A DNA stretch of 64,000 bases from Thermoanaerobaculia bacterium (GTDB lineage Bacteria > Acidobacteriota > Thermoanaerobaculia > UBA5066). Positions 38,750 through 46,399 of this stretch are shown in pieces. The stretch is taken from positions 160,001 through 224,000 of the forward strand of contig CAVRAY010000002.1 of NCBI GenBank assembly GCA_963719225.1, written 5' to 3'. The position numbers and the translations under genes were made by a program. The notes beneath the pieces were generated by a model. That model made no database searches. It saw only the letters and a program-made list of their open reading frames with translations, and had not been told where the DNA came from. Within the stretch, counting starts at the first letter, position 1. Each line of letters begins with the position of its first letter.

Positions 38750-40195
38750 ATGCAAGTTCCCTTCCGCCGCACCGCCGGGGCGCTTCTCGGCCTCGCTCTT
38801 CTTGCGGTTCCGGCCCCGGGAAACGCCGCCTCGCCGGCCGGGGCCGACACGTCAAGCGCCTGGCTGGACTCCACGTCCGCACGCTGGAACGAAATCGCCG
38901 AGAAGATCTGGGGCTTCTCCGAGACGGCGCTCCAGGAGACGAAGTCGTCCGCTCTCCTCGCCGACACTCTCGAAAAGGAAGGCTTCAGCGTGACGCGCGG
39001 CGTCGCGGGAATGCCGACGGCGTTCGTGGCTTCAGCGGGAGCTGGCGCGCCCGTCATCGGGGTCCTCGCCGAGTACGACGCGCTGCCCGGCCTTTCACAG
39101 ACGGCAGGCGCGCCGAAGAAGTCGCCGCTCGCCTCCGCGCCAGCTCCCGGCCACGGGTGCGGTCACAACCTCCTGGGCACGGCGGCAGTCGCGGCCGCCG
39201 TCGCGGCGAACCGCACCCGCGTCGCGGGGAAGCTTCCCGGCACGATCCGCGTCTTCGGCACGCCGGCCGAAGAGCAGCTCCTCGGCAAGCCGTTCATGCT
39301 CAGGGACGGCTCTTTCGCGGGAACCGATGCCGTCCTCGCCTGGCACCCAGCGGACGCGAACTACGTGTGCACGAAGCCTTATCTCGCGATCACCGCACTC
39401 GACGTGGAGTTCTTCGGAAAGACGGCGCATGCCGCGATGAACCCCTGGCTCGGGCGGAGCGCGCTCGACGCCGTCGAGCTGTTCGACCACGCCCTCGCGC
39501 TCATGCGGGAGCACGTGCTCCCGACCGCGCGCCTCCATCGCGCGATCAAGAGTGGCGGCCTCGCGGCGAACATCATCCCGGACTATGCCCGCGTCCAGTG
39601 GTTCGTGCGGGACGAGAACGGAGAACGCGTGAACGAGATGGTCGGGCGCCTGAAGAAGGCAGCCGAGGGCGCGGGTCTCGCGACCGAGACGACGTCGAAG
39701 GTGAGCCTTCTCGCCTCGACGCGCGAGCCGCTCTTCAACGCCGAGCTCTCGAAGGTCCTCCAGAGACATCTCGCCCTCGTCGGGGCGCCGAAGTGGGATG
39801 CCGCCGATGTCGCGCTCGCGCGCGGTGTCCAGAAAGAGGTCGGCATTCCCGAGGCCGGCCTTTCGGACACGGTCCTCCCATATGGTCCCGGGCACGGGTC
39901 CGGGGCTTCGTCGGACGTGGGCGAGGTGAGCGCGGCATTGCCGGTCGCCGAGCTCGCGGTCGCGACGGGGGCCGTGGGCCAGCCGTGGCACCACTGGGCC
40001 GTGACGTCCTGCTCGGGGCACGCGCTCGGCCGAAAGGGCATGCTCGTCGCGGCCAAGGTCCTCGCCGCGACGATGACGGATCTCCTGGGCGATGCCGCGA
40101 CCGTCGCCGCCGCGAAGGCCGAGTTTCAGAAGGCGACCGCCGGCAAGCCCTACGTCAGCCCGCTCGCGAAGGACGCGGTGCCGAAGATCTACTGA
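38750..40195 (+). CDS. M20 amidohydrolase (AbgB-like), exported
   Basis: EYDALPG, GHGCGHN, GTPAEE, SSDVGEVS. Confidence 0.9.
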   Translation: MQVPFRRTAGALLGLALLAVPAPGNAASPAGADTSSAWLDSTSARWNEIAEKIWGFSETALQETKSSALLADTLEKEGFSVTRGVAGMPTAFVASAGAGAPVIGVLAEYDALPGLSQTAGAPKKSPLASAPAPGHGCGHNLLGTAAVAAAVAANRTRVAGKLPGTIRVFGTPAEEQLLGKPFMLRDGSFAGTDAVLAWHPADANYVCTKPYLAITALDVEFFGKTAHAAMNPWLGRSALDAVELFDHALALMREHVLPTARLHRAIKSGGLAANIIPDYARVQWFVRDENGERVNEMVGRLKKAAEGAGLATETTSKVSLLASTREPLFNAELSKVLQRHLALVGAPKWDAADVALARGVQKEVGIPEAGLSDTVLPYGPGHGSGASSDVGEVSAALPVAELAVATGAVGQPWHHWAVTSCSGHALGRKGMLVAAKVLAATMTDLLGDAATVAAAKAEFQKATAGKPYVSPLAKDAVPKIY

Positions 40196-41364
40196 TCGCC
40201 GGGGGCGTCCACCGCGCGAAGCACGCCGTAGTCGACGAGCTTCCGGACGAGCTGCCGTCGCAGGACGAGCCCGTGGTCCTTCTTGATCGCCCTGAGCGCG
40301 TCGGGCACCTTCGAGCCGTCGAAGGCGGGAAGCGCCGGGAGGAGCACGGCGGGGGCATCGATGGGGTCGTAGGCGCTGTAGGTGGCCAGGCGAACGGTCC
40401 CATGTCCGACGCCAATGACGCTGAGGTTGCCGACCTCGAGGCGCTCCGGAAGTGCGTCGCTGGTCACCGCGTCGTAAGCAGCGCGTGCGAGCTGCGCGTG
40501 GAGAGCGACGGTCGCACCTCCGATGCGCTCCACGGCCTTCCACTCCAGGTTCCGGACGATCGCGTCGCATTCGCGGTAGAGCTCCTGCTCGCGTCCGGCC
40601 CAGCTTCCCCAGAGGGACCTGTACCTCTCGGGGCTTACGGTGCCGTCGATCTCGTCGCCCTTGACGGCTTCCGTCCGCCTTTGTGATGGCGGAAGTTTGA
40701 GCGGAAAGTTCACGCGGAGCGCTGCGTGGTCGAAACCGAGGGTGACGAGGCAGTGGATCGCGAGGTTTTCCTCGATGGCCGTCAGCAGCTCCCTGGCCGA
40801 GTCCCAGAACCGCTTCGCCGTGTCCCCGCGCTCGTGCTTGCAGAACCAGGTCATGCAGACGGAATTGCGATGACGCCAGATCCCGCATTCGCCGCCGATC
40901 CGGTCTTCGAGGTAATAGGGGCAGAGCATCGCCTCGCTGTGGCCGAAGACCCCGTCCCCGTGGTCGTACAGGAGGTTGTACGCCCCGCCGGCGCCGACCC
41001 AGAGCGGCGTCACGCCGACTTTCTTTCCGATCCTCTCCACGACGCGGGCCCGCCCTTCGGCCATGTCGGGTGACCCGTCCGCCAGGATCGCCCCGACGAG
41101 AAAGTTGTGAAGCTTCGGCAGGTACGTGCAGCACTTCGTCTTCGGGTTGAAGTAGACCGCGTCACGCTCTCCGTCCGCGCCGCCGGACACGGGCAGCATC
41201 GCGCAGTTCTCGCACGTGGCGTGCGGCTCGGAGGGGATCTTGCCCCCGAGCGCCGCCTCGAGCCAGCGCGCGTGGAGCGGCGCCAGGCCCTTGGCGGGAG
41301 CGTCGGCGATAAAAGGGAGCCGGACCATGGGAGCCCTGGGGCGTGTCACCTGGTCATTGCTCAC
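40189..41364 (-). CDS. Cys-cluster protein, YkgJ/FliB-like (copy 1)
   Basis: CENC...KCC...CPYY...CGIWRHRNSVC..WFC. Confidence 0.7.
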   Translation of the reverse strand: MSNDQVTRPRAPMVRLPFIADAPAKGLAPLHARWLEAALGGKIPSEPHATCENCAMLPVSGGADGERDAVYFNPKTKCCTYLPKLHNFLVGAILADGSPDMAEGRARVVERIGKKVGVTPLWVGAGGAYNLLYDHGDGVFGHSEAMLCPYYLEDRIGGECGIWRHRNSVCMTWFCKHERGDTAKRFWDSARELLTAIEENLAIHCLVTLGFDHAALRVNFPLKLPPSQRRTEAVKGDEIDGTVSPERYRSLWGSWAGREQELYRECDAIVRNLEWKAVERIGGATVALHAQLARAAYDAVTSDALPERLEVGNLSVIGVGHGTVRLATYSAYDPIDAPAVLLPALPAFDGSKVPDALRAIKKDHGLVLRRQLVRKLVDYGVLRAVDAPGDQ

Positions 41365-41372
41365 TAATAGAT

Positions 41373-41522
41373 CTAGGGGGAGGCCTTGTCGATATGCTTG
41401 GGGATCGAAAGATCACCGTGGTCGACCCTCCCCCCGCGGACCTTCCCGCCCTTGGCGGGCTTGACGTCGAGGTTCTTGGCCATTCTCTTTTGAGCCTTAG
41501 GTTTCTCCTTCGCGATTTTCAT
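41373..41522 (-). CDS. Double-glycine precursor L: MKIAKEKPKAQKRMAKNLDVKPAKGGKVRGG|RVDHGDLSIPKHIDKASP
   Basis: AAAGGAG RBS, conserved leader. Confidence 0.85.
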   Translation of the reverse strand: MKIAKEKPKAQKRMAKNLDVKPAKGGKVRGGRVDHGDLSIPKHIDKASP

Positions 41523-41539
41523 GTCTCTACTCCTTTGAA

Positions 41540-41686
41540 TCAAAGCTTCTTGACGCCGCCGCCGGAGCCCCCCGGCAGTTTGTCCATGCCGCCGCGGACC
41601 GCCCCGCCCCTGGACGGCTTGACCTCGAGGTCCTTGACGGTCTTCTTTCGCGAAGCCTTCGGGTTCTTCTTCGCAACCTTCTTCAT
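41540..41686 (-). CDS. Double-glycine precursor K: MKKVAKKNPKASRKKTVKDLEVKPSRGGAVRGG|MDKLPGGSGGGVKKL
   Basis: AAAGGAG RBS, conserved leader; manual translation. Confidence 0.8.
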   Translation of the reverse strand: MKKVAKKNPKASRKKTVKDLEVKPSRGGAVRGGMDKLPGGSGGGVKKL

Positions 41687-41910
41687 GTCCTCGCTCCTTT
41701 CTTCCTGTGTCGGTCGTGGCCTGGCTTCGGCCTTCGCTCGGCCGGAGCATCCTTGAACGGCGGCTCTTCCTCTGTCTTGGGGATCGGGGGACGTTCACCA
41801 AAGACCGTCTTCTGTGCAGCGCCCCCCTTGGGGTCGTTTCGGGGGACGAGGTCCCTGAGGGGTACGAACCCCGGCGACGGCTCCTTCCTGCGGCGCCTTG
41901 GCTTCGTCAT
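41683..41910 (-). CDS. Second-type small protein J (75 aa), motif LRDLVPRNDPKGG|AAQKTVFGE
   Basis: Paralog of 44170-44394; stop overlaps the next ATG. Confidence 0.65.
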   Translation of the reverse strand: MTKPRRRRKEPSPGFVPLRDLVPRNDPKGGAAQKTVFGERPPIPKTEEEPPFKDAPAERRPKPGHDRHRKKGART

Positions 41911-41917
41911 GCCGGCT

Positions 41918-41988
41918 TCGATGTCGACGGGCACGCGGAAGCTCTCGACGGCCTGGCCGCGGTCATCCGCGCCCGAAAGGAAGAACGA
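41918..41988. repeat. Fragment homologous to the VWA gene segment 38365-38441
   Basis: 37/38 identical nt at 41918-41955 vs 38365-38402; both encode GQAVESFRVPVDI on the minus strand. Confidence 0.85.
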
Positions 41989-42106
41989 TTTGGGTTTGGC
42001 CGTAGCCCCCACGGACTGTCCCGCCCTTCGCGGGCTTGACCCCGAGGTTCTTCGTCGCCTTGGTAGTCCTTGACTTGGAGGCCGTCTCCCTCGGGGTCTT
42101 TTTCAT
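41963..42106 (-). CDS. Double-glycine precursor I: MKKTPRETASKSRTTKATKNLGVKPAKGGTVRGG|YGQTQIVLPFGRG
   Basis: AAAGGAG RBS, conserved leader; manual translation. Confidence 0.8.
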   Translation of the reverse strand: MKKTPRETASKSRTTKATKNLGVKPAKGGTVRGGYGQTQIVLPFGRG

Positions 42107-42160
42107 GTCGTTTCTCCTTTCTTCCTTTTTCGGCCGTGAACGGGCTCGAGGGACGGTCGA

Positions 42161-42289
42161 CTATTTGGGCCAGTATCTCCCCCCCAGGCCTCCGCGGACG
42201 GTCCCGCCCTTGGCGGGCTTGACCTCGAGGTTCTTGGCCGCCTTCTTCTGAGAAGCCTTCGTGGCGCTTTTCTTCGTGGTCTTCTTCAT
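42161..42289 (-). CDS. Double-glycine precursor H: MKKTTKKSATKASQKKAAKNLEVKPAKGGTVRGG|LGGRYWPK
   Basis: AAAGGAG RBS, conserved leader; manual translation. Confidence 0.8.
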   Translation of the reverse strand: MKKTTKKSATKASQKKAAKNLEVKPAKGGTVRGGLGGRYWPK

Positions 42290-42377
42290 GTCGTCTCTCC
42301 TTTCTTCCTGTTTCGCTCGTGACCCTGTTTCGAGTGCTTGACGAGCATCCCATGTCGGAGGTGCATCATCTCGGGAT

Positions 42378-42554
42378 TCACTTGACCTTCGTGTTTATCG
42401 ACGCTGCAAGACTCGTGCGAACCCCGAGAGCTTGGAGCTCCACAGCGGTGGGACCTCCGCGAACATCGCCGCTCTTGTCGCGCCTGACCTCGAGATCCTT
42501 GACCGCCTTCCTGTGTGTACCCTTCCCTTCGCCTTTCTTCGTGGTCTTCATCAT
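42378..42554 (-). CDS. Double-glycine precursor G: MMKTTKKGEGKGTHRKAVKDLEVRRDKSGDVRGG|PTAVELQALGVRTSLAASINTKVK
   Basis: AGAGGAG RBS, conserved leader; manual translation. Confidence 0.8.
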   Translation of the reverse strand: MMKTTKKGEGKGTHRKAVKDLEVRRDKSGDVRGGPTAVELQALGVRTSLAASINTKVK

Positions 42555-42617
42555 GTCGTTTCTCCTCTTTTCCTGTTCCAGTCGTGACCCGGCTTCTGCC
42601 TTCTCATCGAGTTCTGG

Positions 42618-43796
42618 TTAGACGTGCTCGTCTTCGGGGGCGTCCACCGCGCGAAGAACGCCGTAGTCGACGAGCTTTCGGACGAGCTCGAGGCTCAGGA
42701 CGAGCCCGTGGTCCTTCTCGATCGCCCGAAGGGCGTCACGCACCTTCGAGCCGTCGAAGGCGGGAAGCGCCGGGAGGAGCGCGGCGGGCGCATCGGTCGG
42801 GTCGTAGGCGCTGTACGTGGCCAGGCGCACGGTCCCATGCCCGACGCCGATGACGTTGAGGTTGCCGATCTCGAGGCGCTCCGGAAGAGCGGAACTCGTC
42901 ACCGCCCGGTACGCGGCGCGTGCGAGCTGCGTGAGGAGAGCGACGGTCGCGCCGCCGATCCTCTCGACGTCCTTCCACTCCATGTCCCGGACGATCCCGT
43001 CGCTTTGGAGGTAGAGCTCCTTCTCGCGTCCGGCCCAGCTTCCCCAGAGGGCCTTGTACCTCTCGGGGCTCACCGTGCCGTCGAGCTCGTCCCCCTTCAC
43101 GGTTTCCGTCCGCTGAGACTTCGGAACCTTGAACGGGAAATTGGTCCGGAGCGCCGCGTCGTCGAAACCGAGGGTGACGAGGCAGTGGATCGCGAGGTTC
43201 TCCTCGACGGCCATCAGCAGCTCGTTGGCCGAGTCCCAGAACCGCTTCGCCGTGGCCCCTCGCTCGTGCTTGCAGAACCAGGTCATGCAGATGGAATTGC
43301 GGTGACGCCAGATCCCGCAGCCGCCGCCCATCCGGTCTTCGAGGTAGTAGGGGCAGCGCATCGCCTCGCTGTGGCCGAAGACCCCGTCACCGTGGTCGTA
43401 CATGAGGCCGTACGCTCCGCCGGCGCCAACGGAGAGCGGCGTCACGCCGACCTTTCTTCCGATCCTCTCCAGAACGCGCGCCTGTCCTTCGGCCATGTCG
43501 GGCGCCTCGTCTGCGAGGATCGCGCCGACGAGAAAGTTGTGAAGTCTCGGCAGGTAGGTGCAGCACTTCGTCTTGGGATTGAAGAAGACCGCGTCCCGGG
43601 CCCCGTCCGCGCCGCCGGGCACCGGGAGCATGACGCAGCTCTCGCATGTGGCGTGGGGCTCGGAGGGGATTTTTCCTCCGAGAGCCGCTTCGAGCCAGCG
43701 CGCATGGAGCGGCGCCAGGTCCTTGGCGGCAGCGCTGGCGATGAAAGGGAGCCGGACCATGGGAGCCCTGGGGCGTGTCACCTGCTCATTGCTCAC
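42618..43796 (-). CDS. Cys-cluster protein, YkgJ/FliB-like (copy 2)
   Basis: Close paralog of 40189-41364 with the same Cys pattern. Confidence 0.7.
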   Translation of the reverse strand: MSNEQVTRPRAPMVRLPFIASAAAKDLAPLHARWLEAALGGKIPSEPHATCESCVMLPVPGGADGARDAVFFNPKTKCCTYLPRLHNFLVGAILADEAPDMAEGQARVLERIGRKVGVTPLSVGAGGAYGLMYDHGDGVFGHSEAMRCPYYLEDRMGGGCGIWRHRNSICMTWFCKHERGATAKRFWDSANELLMAVEENLAIHCLVTLGFDDAALRTNFPFKVPKSQRTETVKGDELDGTVSPERYKALWGSWAGREKELYLQSDGIVRDMEWKDVERIGGATVALLTQLARAAYRAVTSSALPERLEIGNLNVIGVGHGTVRLATYSAYDPTDAPAALLPALPAFDGSKVRDALRAIEKDHGLVLSLELVRKLVDYGVLRAVDAPEDEHV

Positions 43797-43804
43797 TAAT
43801 AGAT

Positions 43805-43942
43805 CTAGGGGGAGGCCTTGTCGATATGCTTCGTGATGAGAAGGTCGCCTCCGCGAACCGCTCCGCCCTTGCCTGGCTTGACGTCGAGGTCCTTGGCCGC
43901 CTTCTTGGCCTTCGAGGGGGTCTTTTTAGTGGTCTTCTTCAT
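43805..43942 (-). CDS. Double-glycine precursor F: MKKTTKKTPSKAKKAAKDLDVKPGKGGAVRGG|DLLITKHIDKASP
   Basis: AAGGAG RBS, conserved leader. Confidence 0.85.
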   Translation of the reverse strand: MKKTTKKTPSKAKKAAKDLDVKPGKGGAVRGGDLLITKHIDKASP

Positions 43943-43993
43943 GTCGTTTCTCCTTCCTTCCTGTTTCAGTCGTGACCCGAACATGAAACGCAA

Positions 43994-44173
43994 TTAGTGT
44001 TTCCGCCATACCTCAATGACCACTTCCTTAATGTGCTCTCCCTTGATGGGAATGATGTCTCCGAGGCCATGCCCTCCACGGACCGTCCCACCCTTGGCGG
44101 GCTTGACGTCGAGGTTCTTCAGTGCCCTCTTGCGCGAGGCCTTCGCGGCGCTTTTCTTCGTGGTCTTTTTCAT
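43994..44173 (-). CDS. Double-glycine precursor E: MKKTTKKSAAKASRKRALKNLDVKPAKGGTVRGG|HGLGDIIPIKGEHIKEVVIEVWRKH
   Basis: AAAGGAG RBS, conserved leader; manual translation. Confidence 0.8.
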   Translation of the reverse strand: MKKTTKKSAAKASRKRALKNLDVKPAKGGTVRGGHGLGDIIPIKGEHIKEVVIEVWRKH

Positions 44174-44394
44174 ATCGGTTCTCCTTTCTTCCTGCTTCGG
44201 TCGTGACCCGGCTTCTGCCTTCGTTCCGCCGGAACATCTTTAAGGGGGTGGTTATCTTCTGTCTCGAGGATCTGGGGACGTTCGCCGAAGACCGTCTTCC
44301 CCGCCGACCCCCCCTTGGGGTCGTTTCGGGGGACGAGGTCCCTGAGGGCGACGAACCCGGGCGGCGTCTTCGTCTTGCGGCGGCCCTTCTTCAT
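44170..44394 (-). CDS. Second-type small protein D (74 aa), motif LRDLVPRNDPKGG|SAGKTVFGE
   Basis: TGATG coupling with the GT41 stop; paralog of 41683-41910. Confidence 0.65.
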   Translation of the reverse strand: MKKGRRKTKTPPGFVALRDLVPRNDPKGGSAGKTVFGERPQILETEDNHPLKDVPAERRQKPGHDRSRKKGEPI

Positions 44395-45896
44395 CACGCC
44401 GCCACCGGTGCGGGAAAGCAACCGCGTTCCTCGCCGCTGCCTCGCGCCTCCGAGCGAGATCGCGCGCGCCAGAGCTGGAAATAGACATCCTCGATGCAGC
44501 GCGCGAGCCTCGCGCAGTCGGTGACGGGCGAGGCCTTCAGGCGCTTCCTCATCGTGCGCCGTAGCTCTTCGCGTCTTTCCGCTTTTGCCGCCGATCCCCA
44601 TCGAATGGCCGTCTCGACGTACCCGCGCACGTCCCGGCTGACGAACTTCCCGAGACCGGCGTTTTCCAGCAGCGACGCGCTGGTACGCGAGATCCACCGA
44701 TCCCCCGAGAACGCGACGACCGGAACGCCCTGCCAGATGGCTTCCGTGGTCGTCGTGCCCCCGTTGTACGGGAACGTGTCGAGGGCGAGGTCGATGGCGT
44801 CGTAGTTTCGGAGGAAGTCGTAGTGCTCCGCAGGTCCGAGCATCGCCACGCGCTCGGGCTCGATGCCGCGCCGCGTGAATCGCGCGAGTGTGTGCTTGCG
44901 ATTGCCGGGGTCTCCCAGAGCGGCGTTGGCCAGGAGAAAGCGGCTTCCGGGGCATCGCCTCAGGATCTCGGCCCACGCGGCGACGACGCCGTCGTTGAGC
45001 TTGTAGAGCGACGAGAGACTGCCGAACGTGACGAAGCCGTTCTTGAGCGACGGCGGTGGCGCGACATCGGGGACCGGGTAATTCACCGCGAACGTCAGAG
45101 ACGAGAGCGGGAGCTCGACGACCTGCTCTCCATACCAGTGCTTCTCGCCGTCACGAATGAGCCAACGATCGCCGATCAGCGCATCGAACACGGGCAACCC
45201 GGAGGTTCCGAAGATGTTGAACCACGCCACGACGACTGGAGCCAGCCTCGTCGCGAACAGCGGCAGCCGGCCCACCCGACTGTACTGGTTGAGATCCACG
45301 AGAACGTCGAGCCCCGCCCGGGCGATCCGGCACGCGGCCGCGCCGTTGTCGAGGCGCGAGATGTCGTGGACGTGCGCCCCGCTCGTACGCGCCCGGCGGC
45401 GCACGGCGGAAGGGCGCGACGCGTCGGAAAAAAGGTGGACCTCCACCCTGCCGGGGTCGTGGTGATCGATCAGCCCCCACACCGGCTTCATCCAGTTGTC
45501 TGCGTGGAAAAACGACGAGACGTAGCCGATCTTTAGTACTTTCCTGACCGGGCTGCCGACGACGATCGCCCTGGCGGGCGCGACGGCTCGGGCGCGAACC
45601 GCGTCGCCCAGCGCGCGGCGGACCTTCAGGATCGCCGCGTGGTCCAGGCGCGGGTCGAACGGGGCGATCGTCGCGAGGAGCCGCTGGGCTCGGATGTCCG
45701 TACGAATCCGGAGAGACGCCCGAAGATGCCGGGTCGCCCTCTCGACCTCACCGAGCGCGAAGGTCGCCCGGGCGAGGTAATAACGTGCGGCCGCAGAATC
45801 CGGACTCGCCCGGACGGCCGATTCGAAGACAGCGAGGCCGCTCGCGTACTTGCCGGCCGCGAGCATGCGACGGCCATTCGGGCAGCCGGCGATCAT
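44394..45896 (-). CDS. TPR-containing GT41 (O-GlcNAc transferase/SPINDLY-like) glycosyltransferase
   Basis: KIGYVS, DVLVDL, RLAPV, VTFGS, LDTFPYNGGTTTTEAIWQGVPVV; TGATG coupling to precursor C. Confidence 0.85.
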   Translation of the reverse strand: MIAGCPNGRRMLAAGKYASGLAVFESAVRASPDSAAARYYLARATFALGEVERATRHLRASLRIRTDIRAQRLLATIAPFDPRLDHAAILKVRRALGDAVRARAVAPARAIVVGSPVRKVLKIGYVSSFFHADNWMKPVWGLIDHHDPGRVEVHLFSDASRPSAVRRRARTSGAHVHDISRLDNGAAACRIARAGLDVLVDLNQYSRVGRLPLFATRLAPVVVAWFNIFGTSGLPVFDALIGDRWLIRDGEKHWYGEQVVELPLSSLTFAVNYPVPDVAPPPSLKNGFVTFGSLSSLYKLNDGVVAAWAEILRRCPGSRFLLANAALGDPGNRKHTLARFTRRGIEPERVAMLGPAEHYDFLRNYDAIDLALDTFPYNGGTTTTEAIWQGVPVVAFSGDRWISRTSASLLENAGLGKFVSRDVRGYVETAIRWGSAAKAERREELRRTMRKRLKASPVTDCARLARCIEDVYFQLWRARSRSEARGSGEERGCFPAPVAA

Positions 45897-46069
45897 CAGG
45901 ACTTGAGCCGCGTGTCGTGACTCCACTGAGTGCTTTGAATTTCGATCCAATCCGTGTGTCGCACCTCTCCACCACGGACCGTCGCGCCCTTGGCGGGCTT
46001 GACCCGGAGGTTTCGGACGGGCTTCTTGTGAGCGGCCTTCGGCGCGGTTCTCTTGGTTGTTTTCTTCAT
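45896..46069 (-). CDS. Double-glycine precursor C: MKKTTKRTAPKAAHKKPVRNLRVKPAKGATVRGG|EVRHTDWIEIQSTQWSHDTRLKS
   Basis: Purine-rich RBS, conserved leader; manual translation. Confidence 0.8.
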   Translation of the reverse strand: MKKTTKRTAPKAAHKKPVRNLRVKPAKGATVRGGEVRHTDWIEIQSTQWSHDTRLKS

Positions 46070-46129
46070 GACGTTCTTCCTTTCTCGAGCGGACTCTCAC
46101 TATGTCGACGGACCTCTTCATGCCCTGCT

Positions 46130-46254
46130 TCATTCCTGGATCTTGGTTATCGGCTTTTTCCCCCCGCGGACGGTCCCGCCCTAGGCGGGCTGACCTCGAG
46201 GTTTCGGACGGCTTTCTTTGCCTTCGACGCGCTTTTCTTCGTGGTCTTGTTCAC
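46130..46254 (-). pseudogene. Inactivated precursor B (restored core KKPITKIQE)
   Basis: 1-nt deletion (GTC AG CCC) plus AAG>TAG relative to sibling leaders. Confidence 0.7.
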
Positions 46255-46261
46255 GTCGTCC

Positions 46262-46399
46262 TCATTTCGGCCGCCTATCTGGGGGACCGGGGGGGAATCC
46301 TCCGCGGACCGACCCGCCCATGACGGGCTTGACCTCGAGGTCCTTGACCGCTTTCTTGTTAGATGCCTTCGAGGGGTTCTTCTTCGCAGTCTTCTTCAT
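46262..46399 (-). CDS. Double-glycine precursor A: MKKTAKKNPSKASNKKAVKDLEVKPVMGGSVRGG|FPPGPPDRRPK
   Basis: AAAGGAG RBS; first gene after the sigma54 promoter; manual translation. Confidence 0.8.
   Translation of the reverse strand: MKKTAKKNPSKASNKKAVKDLEVKPVMGGSVRGGFPPGPPDRRPK

Noticed and set aside
41540-41590. Core K (MDKLPGGSGGGVKKL) as a phage tail tube or Hcp glycine-loop mimic
   Set aside because: Low-complexity and too short to support a match.
41373-46069. Decayed hcp gene or T6SS locus
   Set aside because: Each Hcp-like piece sits in frame behind its own leader with its own stop, the pieces are not in hcp order, and no other T6SS genes are present.
45897-46133. N-terminal extension of the GT41 ORF in the ORF track
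   Set aside because: Overlaps precursor C in another frame; the coupled ATG at 45896 is a better start.
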